NCBI GenBank assembly: GCA_963773065.1
Contig: CAVYZN010000011.1
Coordinates: 288,001 to 352,000, forward strand
Origin: an uncultured Gammaproteobacteria bacterium
GTDB taxonomy: Bacteria > Pseudomonadota > Gammaproteobacteria > UBA9214
Direction of reading: 5' to 3'
Length of the DNA stretch: 64,000 nucleotides
The translations under genes and the position numbers were made by a program. Below are positions 44,270 through 56,263 of this stretch, in pieces. Numbering within the stretch: the first letter of the stretch is position 1; every line of letters begins with the position of its first letter. Under the pieces are notes generated by a model. The model was not told the DNA's origin and did not search any database. It saw nothing but the letters and a program-made list of their open reading frames with translations.

Positions 44270-47200
44270 ATGGCCGACTTGGCCAAGACAGCTTCGACAT
44301 CCGGCAGTTTCAAGCCCCGTTGCCTATCCATCGATCTCGAAGTGGGGGTGCGCGATGCGCGCATCCATCGCTTCGCCGCAGTGCGGGGCGACACGGGCAG
44401 TCCTTCGTATTCAAGAAAGGGCAATTGGCGGCGGCGCTCGCCAAGCTCGATGAGTTCGCCGAGGCTGTGGCATTTCTGCTTGGCCACAACCTGATCGCTT
44501 TCGATCTTCCGCACCTGCCGCGGTTCAGCCGGATCTGCGCCTGCTCAAATTGCCCGCGCGTGGACACGCTGCGCCTCAACCCGCTCGCTTTTCCGCGCAA
44601 TCCCTATCACCACCTCGTAAAGCATTACCAGGACGGACAACTGAAGCGCGGGCGGCTGAACGATCCGGAACTCGACGCGCGGCTGACGCTGGAGGTGTTT
44701 CGGGATCAGCACCAGGCGTTCTCGCGTGCCATGCAGGCGACAGCGCCGGATCTGCTGCTCGCCTGGCACTGGCTGACGACGGCTGACGGCGCCGTTCCGG
44801 GCTCAACGCTTTTTTCTCGACGCTGCGCTCGCAAGCCGCGTCCCACCGAGGCAGAAGCCCGTGCCGCGATCGAGCGACGTGTCGGGCCACGCCTGCCTCA
44901 CTCACGGCCGCGAGATACTGGCCGAGGCGGAAGTAAGCACGGCTGGGCATTGGCCTATGCGCTGGCGTGGTTGTCGGTCGTCAGGCGGCAACTCGGTGAT
45001 GCCGCCCTGGGTGCGGCATCAGTTCCCCGAGGCCGGGCTATTGGTGCGGCGCTTGCGCGATGCCGCTTGCGAGCGATCCGGCCTGTCGCCTGGTGCCGCG
45101 AGCGGCACGACGCCCGAAAGGAACTCGCGCGCTGGTTCGGCTTCGCCGAGTTCCGTCCGGAACCCGCTGACGACGACGGCCGGCCGTTGCAACAGGCGAT
45201 CGTCGAGGCCGCGATGCGCGGCGAGCATGTGCTCGGAATATTGCCCACCGGAACCGGCAAGTCGCTGTGCTACCAGATCCCGGCGCTGTCGCGCTACGAC
45301 AAGACCGGCGCGCTGACCGTCGTGATCTCGCCGCTTGGTGGCGTTGATGGCCGATCAGGTCGCGGGGCTCGAGGCGCGCGGCATCTCGTCTTGCGCCGCG
45401 GTCAATGGATTGTTGTCGATGCCCGAACGCGCGGATGTGCTCGACCGGGTGCGGCTGGGCGACGTCGGTATTCTGATCGTGTCGCCGGAGCAGTTGCGCA
45501 ACCGCACCCTGCGCAAGGTGCTCGCGCAGCGCGAGATCGGCGCCTGGGTGCTGGACGAGGCGCATTGTATTTCCAAGTGGGGGCACGATTTCCGTCCCGA
45601 CTACCGCTATGTCGCCCGCTTCATCAAGGAGAAGGCGGGCGATGGCGCGGTGCCGCCGATACTGTGTCTTACCGCGACCGCCAAGCCGGACGTGGTGATG
45701 GACATCCTGGGCCATTTCCGCGACAAGCTGGGCGTCGAACTCAGCGCTCTTCGACGGCGGCGCCAATCGCACCAATCTGGATTTCGTCGTGGTGCCCACC
45801 ACGACGGCCGGAGAAATTCGCGCATGATGCATCAGAGTGCTGATGGCGGATCTGCCGCCGGACTGACCGGGCGGCGCCATCGTCTACTGTGCTTCGCGCC
45901 GGCAAACCGAGGAGATCGCGGCTTATCTGCGTGAAAAGGGGCTGGCGGCGGAGCACTTCCATGCCGGGTTATCGCCGGAGACGAAGAAGGACGTGCAGCA
46001 ACAGTTCATCCGCGGCGATCTGCGCGTGATCGTTGCCACGAATGCCTTCGGCATGGGCATCGACAAACCCGACGTGCGCGTGGTGATCCACGCCGATATT
46101 CCGGGCTCGCTGGAGAACTATCTGCAGGAGGCGGGGCGCGCCGGGCGCGACCGGCAGGCGGCGCGCTGCGTGCTGCTCTACACCCCGGAAGATGTCGAGC
46201 GGCAGTTTGGCATGTCGTCGCGCTCGCGGCTGACGCAACGGGAAATCCAGGCGATCCTGAGGGCGCTGCGGAACTTGGACCGGAAGAAACGCGCTGGGCG
46301 GGGAGGTCGATCGCGACCGCCGGCGAGATTCTTGCCGAAGAGGAGGAAGGCGCCTTCGTGCGGGATTCCGCCACCGACGACACCCGCGTGCGCACGGCCA
46401 TCTCCTGGCTGGAGGAGGCGGCCCTGCTCTCCCGCGAAGAGAACCAGGTGCAGGTGTTTCCGTCGTCGCTGCGCGTGAGCTCCGTGGATGAGGCGCGACG
46501 AGAAGCTGGCGAAGAGCCTATGGTGACCGGTATCGGCGCCAGTTGTTGGCGCTCGTGGAGACGCTGATCGCGGCCGATGCCGATGAGGGCATCTCGACGG
46601 ACGAGCTGATGGGGGTGTCGGGCCTGAGCTCCGGAAAGGTCCGCGCGGCGCTCTATGATCTGGAGACGCTCGGCATCGCCAGCAACGACACCGCGCTGAC
46701 CGCCTTTGTGCATGCAGCGGCGTCGAGAAGATCCTCGCATCAAGCGTTTCGAGGAAGCCGCGGCGCTGGAGACGGCGCTGATCGCGGAACTGCGTGAGAG
46801 GGCGCCGGATCTGGAAAAGGGCGAGACCTCCCTGCTGCATCTGCGCCACGCGGCGCAGCAACTTGAAGGACGCGGGTCACTGCGGGGCGTTGCCGGAAAA
46901 GATCTGGCGCATCGTTCCGGAGTCTCTCGACCGACGGCCGCGGCGAGGACGGCGGCGTGGGGAGCGTGGGCCTGCGGCGGCTGGACCCCGAAACAGTGCA
47001 GGTGACGCTCCAACGAGAATGGTCCGCGCTGGACAAGACCGCCAGACTGCGGCGCGCGGGAGCGAGCGGTTGCTGGAGCACCTGCTTGCCTGCCTGCCCG
47101 AGGGGACGCGGGGCACGGACCTGCTGGCGGAAACGACTCTCGGCAAACTGCTCGCGGCGCTAGAGCAGATCTGATCCTAAGGCGGAGGTCAGGAACCTGC

Positions 47201-49422
47201 CAAGCTGCTGGACCGCGCGCTCCTGTGGCTGCACGAACAGGAGGTGATCCGGCTCAACAAGGGGCTGGCGGTTTTCCGGCCGGCGATGACGATACGCCTG
47301 GGGCAGGACAAGCGCGGTTTCTTAAAAGCCGACTTCGAGCCGTTGAAAATCCATTACGACGAACAGGTGGTGCAGATCCACGTCATGGCGGAGTACGTGC
47401 AGCGGGGCCTCAGTGCCATGGCCGATGCGCGTGCGCCTGGCGATGGACTACTTCAGCCTCGGCAGCGATGAGTTCATGAGCGCTGGCTGCCGGACCGCGG
47501 GAAGGAGCTGGACTCGGCAGACGACGCCCGATCGTGGCGCGCGATCGTCGAGAGCGCTCAACAACCCGGAACAGCAGCGCATCGTCACCGATGACCGCGA
47601 GCAGACCAACGTGCTGGTGCTGGCCGGGCCGGGTTCCGGCAAGACCGCGTGTCTGGTGCACCGCATCGCGTATCTGGTACGGGTGAGGCGCGAGAACCCG
47701 CGCGGCGATTCTGGCGCTCGCCTACAACCGCCATGCGGCGGTGGAGATCCGTCAGCGCCTGCGCGGATCTGATCGGCGATGATGCGCGCGGCGTGGCGGT
47801 GCTCACGTGCCACGCGCTCGCGATGCGCTTGCCGGCGTGACTTTCGCCGGACGCGCCGAACAGCTGAACGGCGACGCGTTCGAGGCAGTGCTGCAACAAG
47901 CGGTGGCGCTTGTTGCAGGGCGCGGGTCTGCCGCCGGAAGAAGCGGACGAACAGCGCGAGCGGTTGCTCGCGGGCTTCCGCTGGATTCTGGTGGACGAAT
48001 ACCAGGACATCGGTGCCGGAGCAGTACGAACTCATCTCGGCCCTGGCCGGACGCACGTTGAAGGATGAGGACGGCAGGCTCAGCCTGTTCGCGGTGGGTG
48101 ACGACGATCAGAACATCTATGCGTTTGCCGGTGCTCGGTCGAGTACGTGCGCCGCTTCGAAACGGACTACGCGGCGGAGCCGGTCGTATCTGATCGAGAA
48201 CTACCGCTCTACCGCGCACATCATTGCCGCCGCGAACGTGGTGATCAGCCCGGCGCACGAGCGCATGAAGGCCGACCATCCGATCACGATCGACCGTGTG
48301 CGCATCGAAAGTCGCCGCGGGCGGCGATTGGGGGAGCATCGACCCGTCAGCAAGGGCCGTGTGCAGGTGCTGCCGGCCGGTCGGGACCGATGACGCAGGC
48401 GGTGGCGGTAATGACGGAACTGCAACGTCTCTCCTCGCTCGGCCCGACTTGGGAATGGACCGGCAGCGCGGTGATCGCCCGGGAATGGAAATACCTCGAG
48501 CCGGTGCAGGAGTTATTGCGAACTGAACGGCATTCCGGTGCAGATGGCCGATGAAGAGGCGCCGCGTATTTCTGGCGGCTGCGCGAAACGCAGGCCCTGG
48601 TCGAGTGGCTGCGCACGCAGCGGGATGAAGCTGGTGGACACCGGCTCGATCGAGCGGTGGCTCGGTCGGCAACGTCGGTCCATGGTGGGCATTGTTGCGC
48701 GAGGCGGTCAGACGAGTACGGGCTCGAGACCGGCCGGGGCCGAACTGCCGGCCGAGCCACTTCCTCGAATGGCTCGCCGAATGGGGACGCGAGGTGCGCC
48801 GCCGGCAGACAGGACTGATGCTGCTCACCGCGCACCGGGCCAAAGGACTGGAGTTCGATCATGTGGCGGTGCTGGACGGCGGCTGGGACAGGGCGGGCCA
48901 GAACGAAGATCGCGGATGCGCCACGCCGGCTTTACTACGTGGCCATGACCCGGGCCAGAAAGACTCTGGCCTTGGCCCGATTCGATGGGGGCATGCACTG
49001 CTGGATGCTGCCCGATGATGCGAGCGTGCTGCGGTGCGCCTCGCCCCTTCCGCTTCCTCCGCCGGAGCTGGCGCGCCACTACGGCGACTCACGCTGCGGG
49101 ACGTGGACCTCGGTTTCGCGGGGCGCCATGCCGCTAAAAACTCGGTGCATCGAGCAATCGCGGCACTGTCGCCAAACGATCACCTCCATCTGCATCATCG
49201 GCAGGAGCGATGGGAACTGCAAGATAACAAAGGCACAATGGTAGGACATTATCACGCATGCATTTACGCCGCCAACCAGGCATGCGCTGTGTCGCTGCCC
49301 GAGTCATGGCCATCATAGTCCGCCGACGTGATGACGCCGAGCCAGAGTATCAGAGCGCATGTCGTTGTGAACGGTGGGAGCTGGTGTTGCCGGAACTCAT
49401 CCTCGAACCAAATAACCGCTGA
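44270..49422 (+). CDS. DEDD-exonuclease-like / RecQ helicase / UvrD helicase fusion (~1700 aa, heavily frameshifted)
   Basis: SIDLE, GHNLIAFD; PTGTGKSLCYQIP, DEAHCISKWGHDFRPDY, AFGMGIDKPDVR; AGPGSGKT, VDEYQD, VGDDDQNIY, ENYRST, AKGLEFD, YVAMTRAR. Confidence 0.8.
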
Positions 49423-49454
49423 TCGGTTCGACTGGCATACGATGCGGAACAGGC

Positions 49455-49554
49455 CGGCAAACTCGCGGCGCTCAAAAAGAAATACAACGCCCGTTTCATG
49501 ATGGTGTTCGACGCTATCCGCGAACTCATGACACCGCCGGAGCCGAAGAAATAA
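49455..49554 (+). pseudogene. ORF6N C-terminal remnant
   Basis: KLAALKKKYNARFMMVFDAIRELMTPPEPKK, similar to 25065-25160. Confidence 0.6.
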
Positions 49555-49668
49555 CGGCCTATTATTTGCGCCGAGGATGGCCCAGCCCGGAGGGTGTACC
49601 CGCTGGTGGGTAATTGAGGTACCCTGACCATGTGAATCACTTCATGTCATGGACTGCCGGAGGTTGCC

Positions 49669-49925
49669 ATGAAGATGATCAAAAATGAAAAGGAGCTGGT
49701 CAAGGTGGCAATCATCGCGGGGGTGAAGTATGCCGAGGAGCGGGGCGTCGCGATTTTCGAGCCGACGGATTCGGCGAGCGAAAAGATTTTGTACATCTAC
49801 CGGCTACTGGTGCACGACAAGAAAATACAAGCCTTGCCCGAGAACAGGTCTCCCAGCAAAGCATGCGGCATAAACTCGCCCTCTGGTACGCCAAGCAACT
49901 GCCGAAAGGCCATCCGCTTTTGTGA
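49669..49925 (+). CDS. DUF5062-like small protein (frameshifted)
   Basis: KNEKELVK, IYRLLVHDKKIQALP; alternate frame MRHKLALW. Confidence 0.7.
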
Positions 49926-49987
49926 GCGTCGAGAGGACCGTTCGACAGCGACCACGTTACCCGCTACGACCCATTTCAGGTGCGATC

Positions 49988-50257
49988 ATGAAAATACTGG
50001 TGCGCAATTTGTCCCGGGAAACGACGGAAGCGGAGCTGCTGGCCCTGTTCAGGGCGTATGGCGATGTGCAGTACTGCAAGCTGGTGATGGATAGATCGAC
50101 AGGGAAATCCAAAGGCTTTGGTTTCGTCGAGATGCCCCGTGCGGGCGAGGCCAGGGTGGCCATCAAGGGGCTCAATGCCCGGGATGTCGACGGCAGTAAA
50201 ATCCGCGTAGAAGAAGGCGGAAGAGCGCGGGATGGGTGTTGCGGGAAAGAGCCCTGA
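49988..50257 (+). CDS. RRM RNA-binding protein
   Basis: ILVRNL (RNP2) and KGFGFVEM (RNP1). Confidence 0.92.
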   Translation: MKILVRNLSRETTEAELLALFRAYGDVQYCKLVMDRSTGKSKGFGFVEMPRAGEARVAIKGLNARDVDGSKIRVEEGGRARDGCCGKEP

Positions 50258-50298
50258 CACCTGATCACCGAAACCACAATCCAGTGAGGAACTGACCA

Positions 50299-51088
50299 AT
50301 GGCAAACATCAACGACCTACTTGGCGCATTCTTGCAAAACGCGGCTGCCCCCTCCGGCCAGAACCGGATGGGCAACATCCTCGATGGCCTGCAAAGAACG
50401 GGGCTCGGCGGCACCGGTGTCCCGGGGGCCGCGGGCGGCGCGGCGGGCGGGCTACTCGGCGGCGTTCTGGATGCCATGCAGAAGGGCCTCGCCGGCGCCG
50501 CCGGAATCCCGCCCAGGCAGGGGGGATAGGGGCGATCCTCGGGGGGGCTGCTCGGCGGCGGCAGCAGCTCCGTCAAGGGCGCGCTGGGCGGCGGGGCACT
50601 GGCCATGCTGGCGAGCGTCGCCATGAAGGCCCTCACGGGAGCGGGACAAACGCCCCAGGGCAGCGGCGGGTCTGCCTGGTCCGGCGGCGGCCGACCGCTC
50701 GGCTCAAGGTCCCGGAGACACCCGCGGAGGAGCAGGCGCTCGCCAACAAAGCGGAGCTGGTCTTGAAGGGCATGATCAATGCCGCCAAGGCGGACGGCCA
50801 GATCCAGCGGGAGGGGCAGCGGATCACCGGCAAGCTGCAGCAGGCCGGGATCGACCAGAGCGGCCAGCAATGGGTCTTGAACGAGATGTATCGCCCCTCG
50901 ATCGGAGGCCCTCTGTCGCCGAGATCCGGAGCCCCGAGGCGGCGGCGGAGGTCTACGCCGCGTCATTGCTCGCCATCGAGGTGGATACGGACGCGGAGCG
51001 CAGCTACCTGCGCCAGCTTGCGCAGCGCACCGGCCTGCAACCCGCGGTGGTGCAGCAGATCCATCAGGCGATGGGGGTGGCGGTCTGA
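50299..51088 (+). CDS. DUF533/TerB-like protein (frameshifted)
   Basis: Gly-rich N-terminus, MINAAKADGQI, EVYAASLLAIEVDTDAERSYL. Confidence 0.8.
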
Positions 51089-51110
51089 TTGTCGCACCAT
51101 CGAGGCAGCC

Positions 51111-51296
51111 ATGAAGTACTACATCTGGCTGGATACCGATGACCGGCCGCTCTCCAGGGCTTGGCGCTATGAGGACGAAACGGAACGCATGGCCGCGGAG
51201 CGGCAACCGCCGTCCGCCACCGCCATACTGCGCGCGGGCACCCGGGAACAGCTCACCCAGCGCTACGGTCTGGGTGACGAGGATTTCGCCGACTGA
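51111..51296 (+). CDS. Small hypothetical protein
   Basis: RBS-like GAGG, MKYYIWLDTDD, 61 aa. Confidence 0.5.
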   Translation: MKYYIWLDTDDRPLSRAWRYEDETERMAAERQPPSATAILRAGTREQLTQRYGLGDEDFAD

Positions 51297-51319
51297 AGCG
51301 GGCGCAGGGACAGTCTGTC

Positions 51320-51649
51320 GTGATTGTATTCCTCGACGGCATTACCGCAACCTCATTCCGGCTGCCCCGGCGAGGGCTGCCGTTCGTCGCGCAGGTGCGT
51401 GGCGCCGGTGACGAGCCATTCGTCCGCTTCTTTCCGCAGCCTGACGGCAACGGAGTGTATTTCCAGGAAGCGGTCCTGTTCACCCTTGAACTGTCCCAGG
51501 CCGCTGCCCTGCAGTACGACCTCTGCCGTGTCGTCTTCGATGCGCACCCGCGCGTCCTGCAGGTCGAGTTCCAGCGAGGCAAGTCGCGCGCGTCCACGGA
51601 CGATCCGCCGCACCAGCTCGTCCCGGCCGGCGATTTCGATGCTGCCTAG
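51320..51649 (+). CDS. Hypothetical protein
   Basis: 109 aa ORF; its opposite strand could alternatively continue the 51646..51873 gene. Confidence 0.3.
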   Translation: MIVFLDGITATSFRLPRRGLPFVAQVRGAGDEPFVRFFPQPDGNGVYFQEAVLFTLELSQAAALQYDLCRVVFDAHPRVLQVEFQRGKSRASTDDPPHQLVPAGDFDAA

Positions 51650-51873
51650 CCGGCATTGGTGAGATCGAAAACCGTCTGTTCACTGAAGAACTGCCCGATC
51701 CGTCTTGCCTTTGCGAGCGGTTCGATGCCGGTTTCCGGGTAAGTGATTTCCGTCAGCGCGCGCAGTTGTTCGAGCCGTTGCAGGATTTTCTCCTCCTCAT
51801 CCGTATGCAGGAAGAACAGCACGGCCAGCACGATCAGGACCCCCAGAGCGGTCAGGGTGTAGCGATTCAGCAT
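51646..51873 (-). CDS. Membrane-anchored hypothetical protein, probably frameshifted and longer
   Basis: N-terminal TM then EEEKILQRLEQL. Confidence 0.5.
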   Translation of the reverse strand: MLNRYTLTALGVLIVLAVLFFLHTDEEEKILQRLEQLRALTEITYPETGIEPLAKARRIGQFFSEQTVFDLTNAG

Positions 51874-52110
51874 GGCTGTATGGTTACCCGCACTACCACG
51901 TTACAACCGATACGCCGGAGCGGCTCGACTATGCCGGCCTGGCACGGGTGACCGGCGGACTGGCGGATGTCATCGCGGCACTCGCTACGCGGCAGGGATG
52001 TGCCTGGCCTTTCGTTCAACACAGGCGCCAGTAATCAATGCGATCGGTGACGAATGGCGCTTATGGAACGGCCCCCGTCCCTAAACCGCCAGAGACCGTG
52101 CGTAGCGAGT

Positions 52111-52908
52111 CTATTCGGTTGCGCCACCCTGCGGTTCGGCGTAAGGCACACTCCGGGGCTGCATCATGGTAGGCCTTCCCTGGTCTATCGTGGCCTTGCG
52201 CTGATCATCCGTCAGGAGTTCCTCGGCGCGGTTGGCGACATCCCTTGTCGCCTGCATCATCTGGCCTTTGAGGTCGGACAGCGTCTTGCCCAGGCGCATT
52301 TGCTCCTCCCGCAGCTTTCGCATCTTCTCGTTTTCCGCACGAATCTTGCCCATGATTTCCTGCACGCTCGTGTTGAGTTCCTTTCTGAGGGCGTCGAACT
52401 TGCCGCGCTGTTCGTCGGTCAGATCGATTGCCCCGATGGCGTTAAACTTGGCCATGGGGTAACCGCCCCTGGGACCACCCATCATCCCATGATGTTGACC
52501 GCCCGGGTGCATCCCGTAACCGGGGGCTCCGAATCCCGGCCCCATGGGTTGTCCGCCACCCTCGGAAGGCGTGCCCATCCCTTGCCCCGGGACCCATTCC
52601 CGGTCCCATGCCCTGGCCGCAGGGTCCCATTCCCGGTCCAGCCCATGCCCTGGCCGCCGGGCCCCATTCCGGGTCCCATCCCAGGCTCCCGGGCCCCATG
52701 CCGGGTCCCATCCCAGGCCCGGGCCCATGCCATAGGCGCCGGGCGTTGTTCGGGTGCGGATTCTGCGACGAGTTGCAAGGGATGAGCCTGTCCGATCCCC
52801 GTAGAGGTTTGCTGCTTCGGCAGCGGCGATTGCCAGTGACATCATGCCGCCCAGGAGAAAAGCCTGGCATCCCGCCAGCATCAAGGCTGGTACTCGTTTA
52901 GTGGCCAT
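52111..52908 (-). CDS. Spy/CpxP-family periplasmic protein with GMGP repeats
   Basis: Signal peptide, tandem GMGP codons, LTDEQR and LTDDQR motifs. Confidence 0.8.
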   Translation of the reverse strand: MATKRVPALMLAGCQAFLLGGMMSLAIAAAEAANLYGDRTGSSLATRRRIRTRTTPGAYGMGPGLGWDPAWGPGAWDGTRNGARRPGHGLDREWDPAARAWDREWVPGQGMGTPSEGGGQPMGPGFGAPGYGMHPGGQHHGMMGGPRGGYPMAKFNAIGAIDLTDEQRGKFDALRKELNTSVQEIMGKIRAENEKMRKLREEQMRLGKTLSDLKGQMMQATRDVANRAEELLTDDQRKATIDQGRPTMMQPRSVPYAEPQGGATE

Positions 52909-52985
52909 AATCACTCCTCCAAAATTATTAAAAAACGGTGATGAAACACTAATAGTGTAGTCAATTGATTTTCGTGTCACCCGTC

Positions 52986-53383
52986 TCACTCGATGCGTTC
53001 ATTACTGGCCGCTTTGATGAGGGGTGGCGTGGAGGAACTGCCATGCCGGAATTCGCCGGATGTGACGATAGAGAAACCTGGTCCCCGGGTGAGGGTTACA
53101 TCCCCCAGAAGCCAGGGGGTACCGCCTCGCAGTCGGTGCCGCTGCCACAGCCGGGTTGCTGCAGGGCGTCCAGGTGTTCGGCAGCCTGTTCCAGCTCGAA
53201 CTCGGCGCTGATGCACTCCAGTTCCTTGCCTGTCACCCCGCAGGACACCTGCTCCTTTTTTGATGCCTGCAGCATCCTGCTCGTGTAATCGTCGTTCTGG
53301 TCGGTCAGTACGATATCGCCGGCTTCGGCGGCAATCCCCGAGACCAGCATCACCAGAACCGGCAGCATTCTCGCAATCTTCAT
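52986..53383 (-). CDS. Secreted Cys-containing hypothetical protein
   Basis: Signal peptide, RBS; frameshift near 53110. Confidence 0.5.
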
Positions 53384-53758
53384 AGGTGGATCCTCCTATG
53401 CGCTAGCCGATATGGCGGCAGATCACGAGAAAACAGTAGGTTAAGACGAGGCAGGATCAGGCAAGCGCGAGGTCGGCGATGACCGCCGCCGGGTGCGCAA
53501 CCGGCAAGGATTGTGCGTTCCGCATCCGGTGCCCGGTGGCCTGCCGGGCGCGCCGATTGGCGCTGCTGACCGGCGGGTCGGCGTCGTCGGTGACGTGGTG
53601 CAATTGACGGCCTGATCGTCTGGCGAACGGCCGGGCGTGTTCGCCGGCGGTGCGAGAATGATTTGCAATGGCGCCGCCGGTTGTGGAGTATCGCCCCGGT
53701 GAGCCGGTCTTGCCGCGATCCTGCGCGGCCGGCAGCCGGAGAGTAGCGGAGATATCTC

Positions 53759-54466
53759 ATGAACACAGGCAGACTCATCGTGATAACAGTATTGCTGCCG
53801 GGCGCGGCGGGGTGCGCGGCGCTCAGACCCTCAACCGACGAGGCAAGCGCGCTACACCCTCCTTGCCCGGCGCCTCTGGCGGACGGGACCGGCTGGTGGT
53901 ATGCGCGTTTTTCCATCGAGCGACCGGCCGGCGAGCCACCGCGCTGGTACATCGATACACTGCTCGGTGGCGAGGTTATCGCCCCGGTCTTTGACCGGCA
54001 TTTCCAGGATATCCTCATCGGCGCATACACCGGCGCGCCGGGGACGATGAGTACGGTCACGTGTTCAGCTTTATCTTCTACAGCACCGCCGCGGGCGCAC
54101 AGCGCATCTATGCCGATCTGGAAAAGAATCCCGTGCTGCACAGGCTGAGGCAGGAGGGCAGGGTGACCAAAGTCAGTTTCGATGATCTCGCCACGATTAC
54201 GCGACCCCGCATCGAGGACACCAGCGACCGGCGCTGGACACTGTCCGTGCAGCGGACATGGCCGGCGCTCGCCATGGGAGCGAGCCGCATGTGGCTGGAC
54301 CTGGTGGGCGAAGTCGCGGACAAATACGCAGACGAGCAAGACCTGGAGCAGCGCTATATGAAGGACAGCAGGAAATCAATACCATCTGGGAGCAGCAGGG
54401 CCAGCACGCCGTCCTGCATCATCTGAGCGCAATTTTTGCTATCAGCCGCTGCTGATTACCTATTGA
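53759..54466 (+). CDS. Hypothetical lipoprotein (frameshifted)
   Basis: AAGC lipobox, GWWYARF, FSFIFYS, QGQHAVLHHLSA. Confidence 0.6.
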
Positions 54467-54498
54467 TTTCCAGGCGGCAGGGGAAAACTCGTATAGGC

Positions 54499-54683
54499 GA
54501 ATGGCACTTGTTTAATCTGAAATGTAGGGTGGGTTAGCGTTTTTTGCCTAACCCGCCAGGCGTTGCGCAGCAACACAACACATTTTTTAATGTGTGCCTG
54601 GCGGCACAGCCGGTGGGTTACGGCACCAACGGCGTGCCTAACCCACCCTACATCGATGATGGAACGTTAAGTAAGTGCCATTG
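54499..54683 (+). mobile_element. 185-bp MITE: IS4 ends around a GTAG REP doublet
   Basis: Ends match the IS4 IR at 32623 (15/17 and 16/17); flanks TCGTATAGGC / CCGTATAGGC; internal GTAGGGTGGGTTAG...CTAACCCACCCTAC. Confidence 0.8.
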
Positions 54684-54761
54684 CCGTATAGGCAATGGCT
54701 CGATAGCATGACGTTGCCGCTATACTTCACGTTATGCCGCACTACCTTTCGAGTACAGACT

Positions 54762-55037
54762 ATGAAAGCCACCGCCGAATTGCAGGTCGTCCCGATCGGT
54801 CGGGTGTCTCCGTGCGGAAGGAAATCCGCCGGGTCGTCGAACTGCTGCATGACCATGACTTCATCCTCGAGACCCATGCCTCGGGACCAATGTCGAGGGG
54901 GAACTGAGGGGCATACTCGCCGCCGTCGAGCGGATCCACGAGGTGTTACACGCCGAGGGCAGCGTACGTCTGGTCAGTTTGCTGAACCTGGAAACCCGCA
55001 CCGACAAGACGCCGACGCTGGCCGGGAACGCCTGTAA
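54762..55037 (+). CDS. MTH1187/YkoF thiamine-binding family protein (frameshifted)
   Basis: ATAELQVVPIG, GTNVEGEL, TRTDK. Confidence 0.8.
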   Translation: MKATAELQVVPIGRVSPCGRKSAGSSNCCMTMTSSSRPMPRDQCRGGTEGHTRRRRADPRGVTRRGQRTSGQFAEPGNPHRQDADAGRERL

Positions 55038-55110
55038 TCTGTAAACGGGGAAGCATCGGGAGAGAAGGGTTTTCCTTGTTCCTGTCCTCCGTCTGACTCC
55101 GCGCGCCGGA

Positions 55111-55309
55111 TTAGGCGGCCTTGGTGAAGGTGTAATCGCTTCCGTTGCGTTTGGCCTTTATCCGGGTGCGTTCGAACAGGATTTCCTCCCCATTGGCAAT
55201 ATTGCGGGGTTCGCCGCCGACGGCAATAAAGCCTTCACGGGTTACGCCACAATGGACGATGCCGAGCTTGTCATGGTTTCTCGGGTCAAGGTAAGGGATG
55301 CTTCCGCCA
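55111..55309 (-). CDS. Small hypothetical protein
   Basis: LGIVHCGVTREGFIAVGG; RBS GAGGAGG upstream; start appears frameshifted. Confidence 0.55.
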
Positions 55310-55508
55310 TGATGTCTATCCTCCTCGTGTCCGCAATCAACACGAACAGCGGCGCCTGGCCTGTATATCAGGAGTGTGGTGTCAATGACGTATAATTCAA
55401 TAGCGGGGATTGCGGGGTAATTATTGGACCCCGAACATAGGGTTTTCGAATCCGAATGGATCAGCCAGGACGTTAAGTCGGGATCAGGTCTCGGAGAGAT
55501 ACACCTGG

Positions 55509-56263
55509 ATGAAGAAAGCGGTGTATCAGATGGTACCAATGGTGCTCATGCCCTGCGCGGCTCCGATCGTTCTGTGTCCTGCTATATTCAACCGCCGTAC
55601 GTACCGCCGGTATGGGGCCGGTACGATGCGATCAACAAGCTGGATACCATAAAACCTGGCATAACCACCAAGGAGGAGGTCCTGAAGCGAGTGGGAAAAC
55701 CGGATGGAGCTAGAAAAGCTCAGGAAAGCTCTTTGAGTATTCTGGCTGGACGGACGTGACGCTCATCTTCATACCGCTGAACACCGATGCTCAGGGTATT
55801 GTCGCGCTGGGAGGGCGCGATACTCTACGATGCAACGAATCGCAGAGTGCTCAAGCCACCTTTTAACCCTGCCCACCCTGGAGGACATCCCTGGACGGTG
55901 ATTGTCCGTTTCGATGAGAACGATGTCGTCATCAGCGTATCCGCGCAAGAGGAAGCCATTACACAAGGTGTAGTCAAGGAAGCCGGCGCCTATTGCCCGA
56001 ATGCCGATCTGGGTCATGCCGATGCGCAGTTACACATTGGGGACATTTATAACAGTGGCATTGAGGCCAACCAGTTGATCCCGTTCGCGCCTGGGTCAGG
56101 TACAGCCTGGCGGCGAAAGGCGGCGAGATGCAGGCGGCGGAAAAACTGGCACAGGTCACGGCGGTGCTCAGCCCTGAACAACTGGCGGAGGCGCAACGGC
56201 AACTGGCGGCATGGCAGCCCGGTCACTGCCTGCAGAGATTATTCAGGATCATCGAGCCAATGA
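55509..56263 (+). CDS. Putative lipoprotein with Sel1-like C-terminus (frameshifted or degraded)
   Basis: IKPGITTKEEVLKRVGKP, ADLGHADAQLHIG, LSPEQLAEAQ. Confidence 0.5.

Noticed and set aside
52540-52735. Trp-Asp-rich repeat protein (WDP/WDG)
   Set aside because: Frameshifted reading of GMGP repeats in a Spy/CpxP-family protein.
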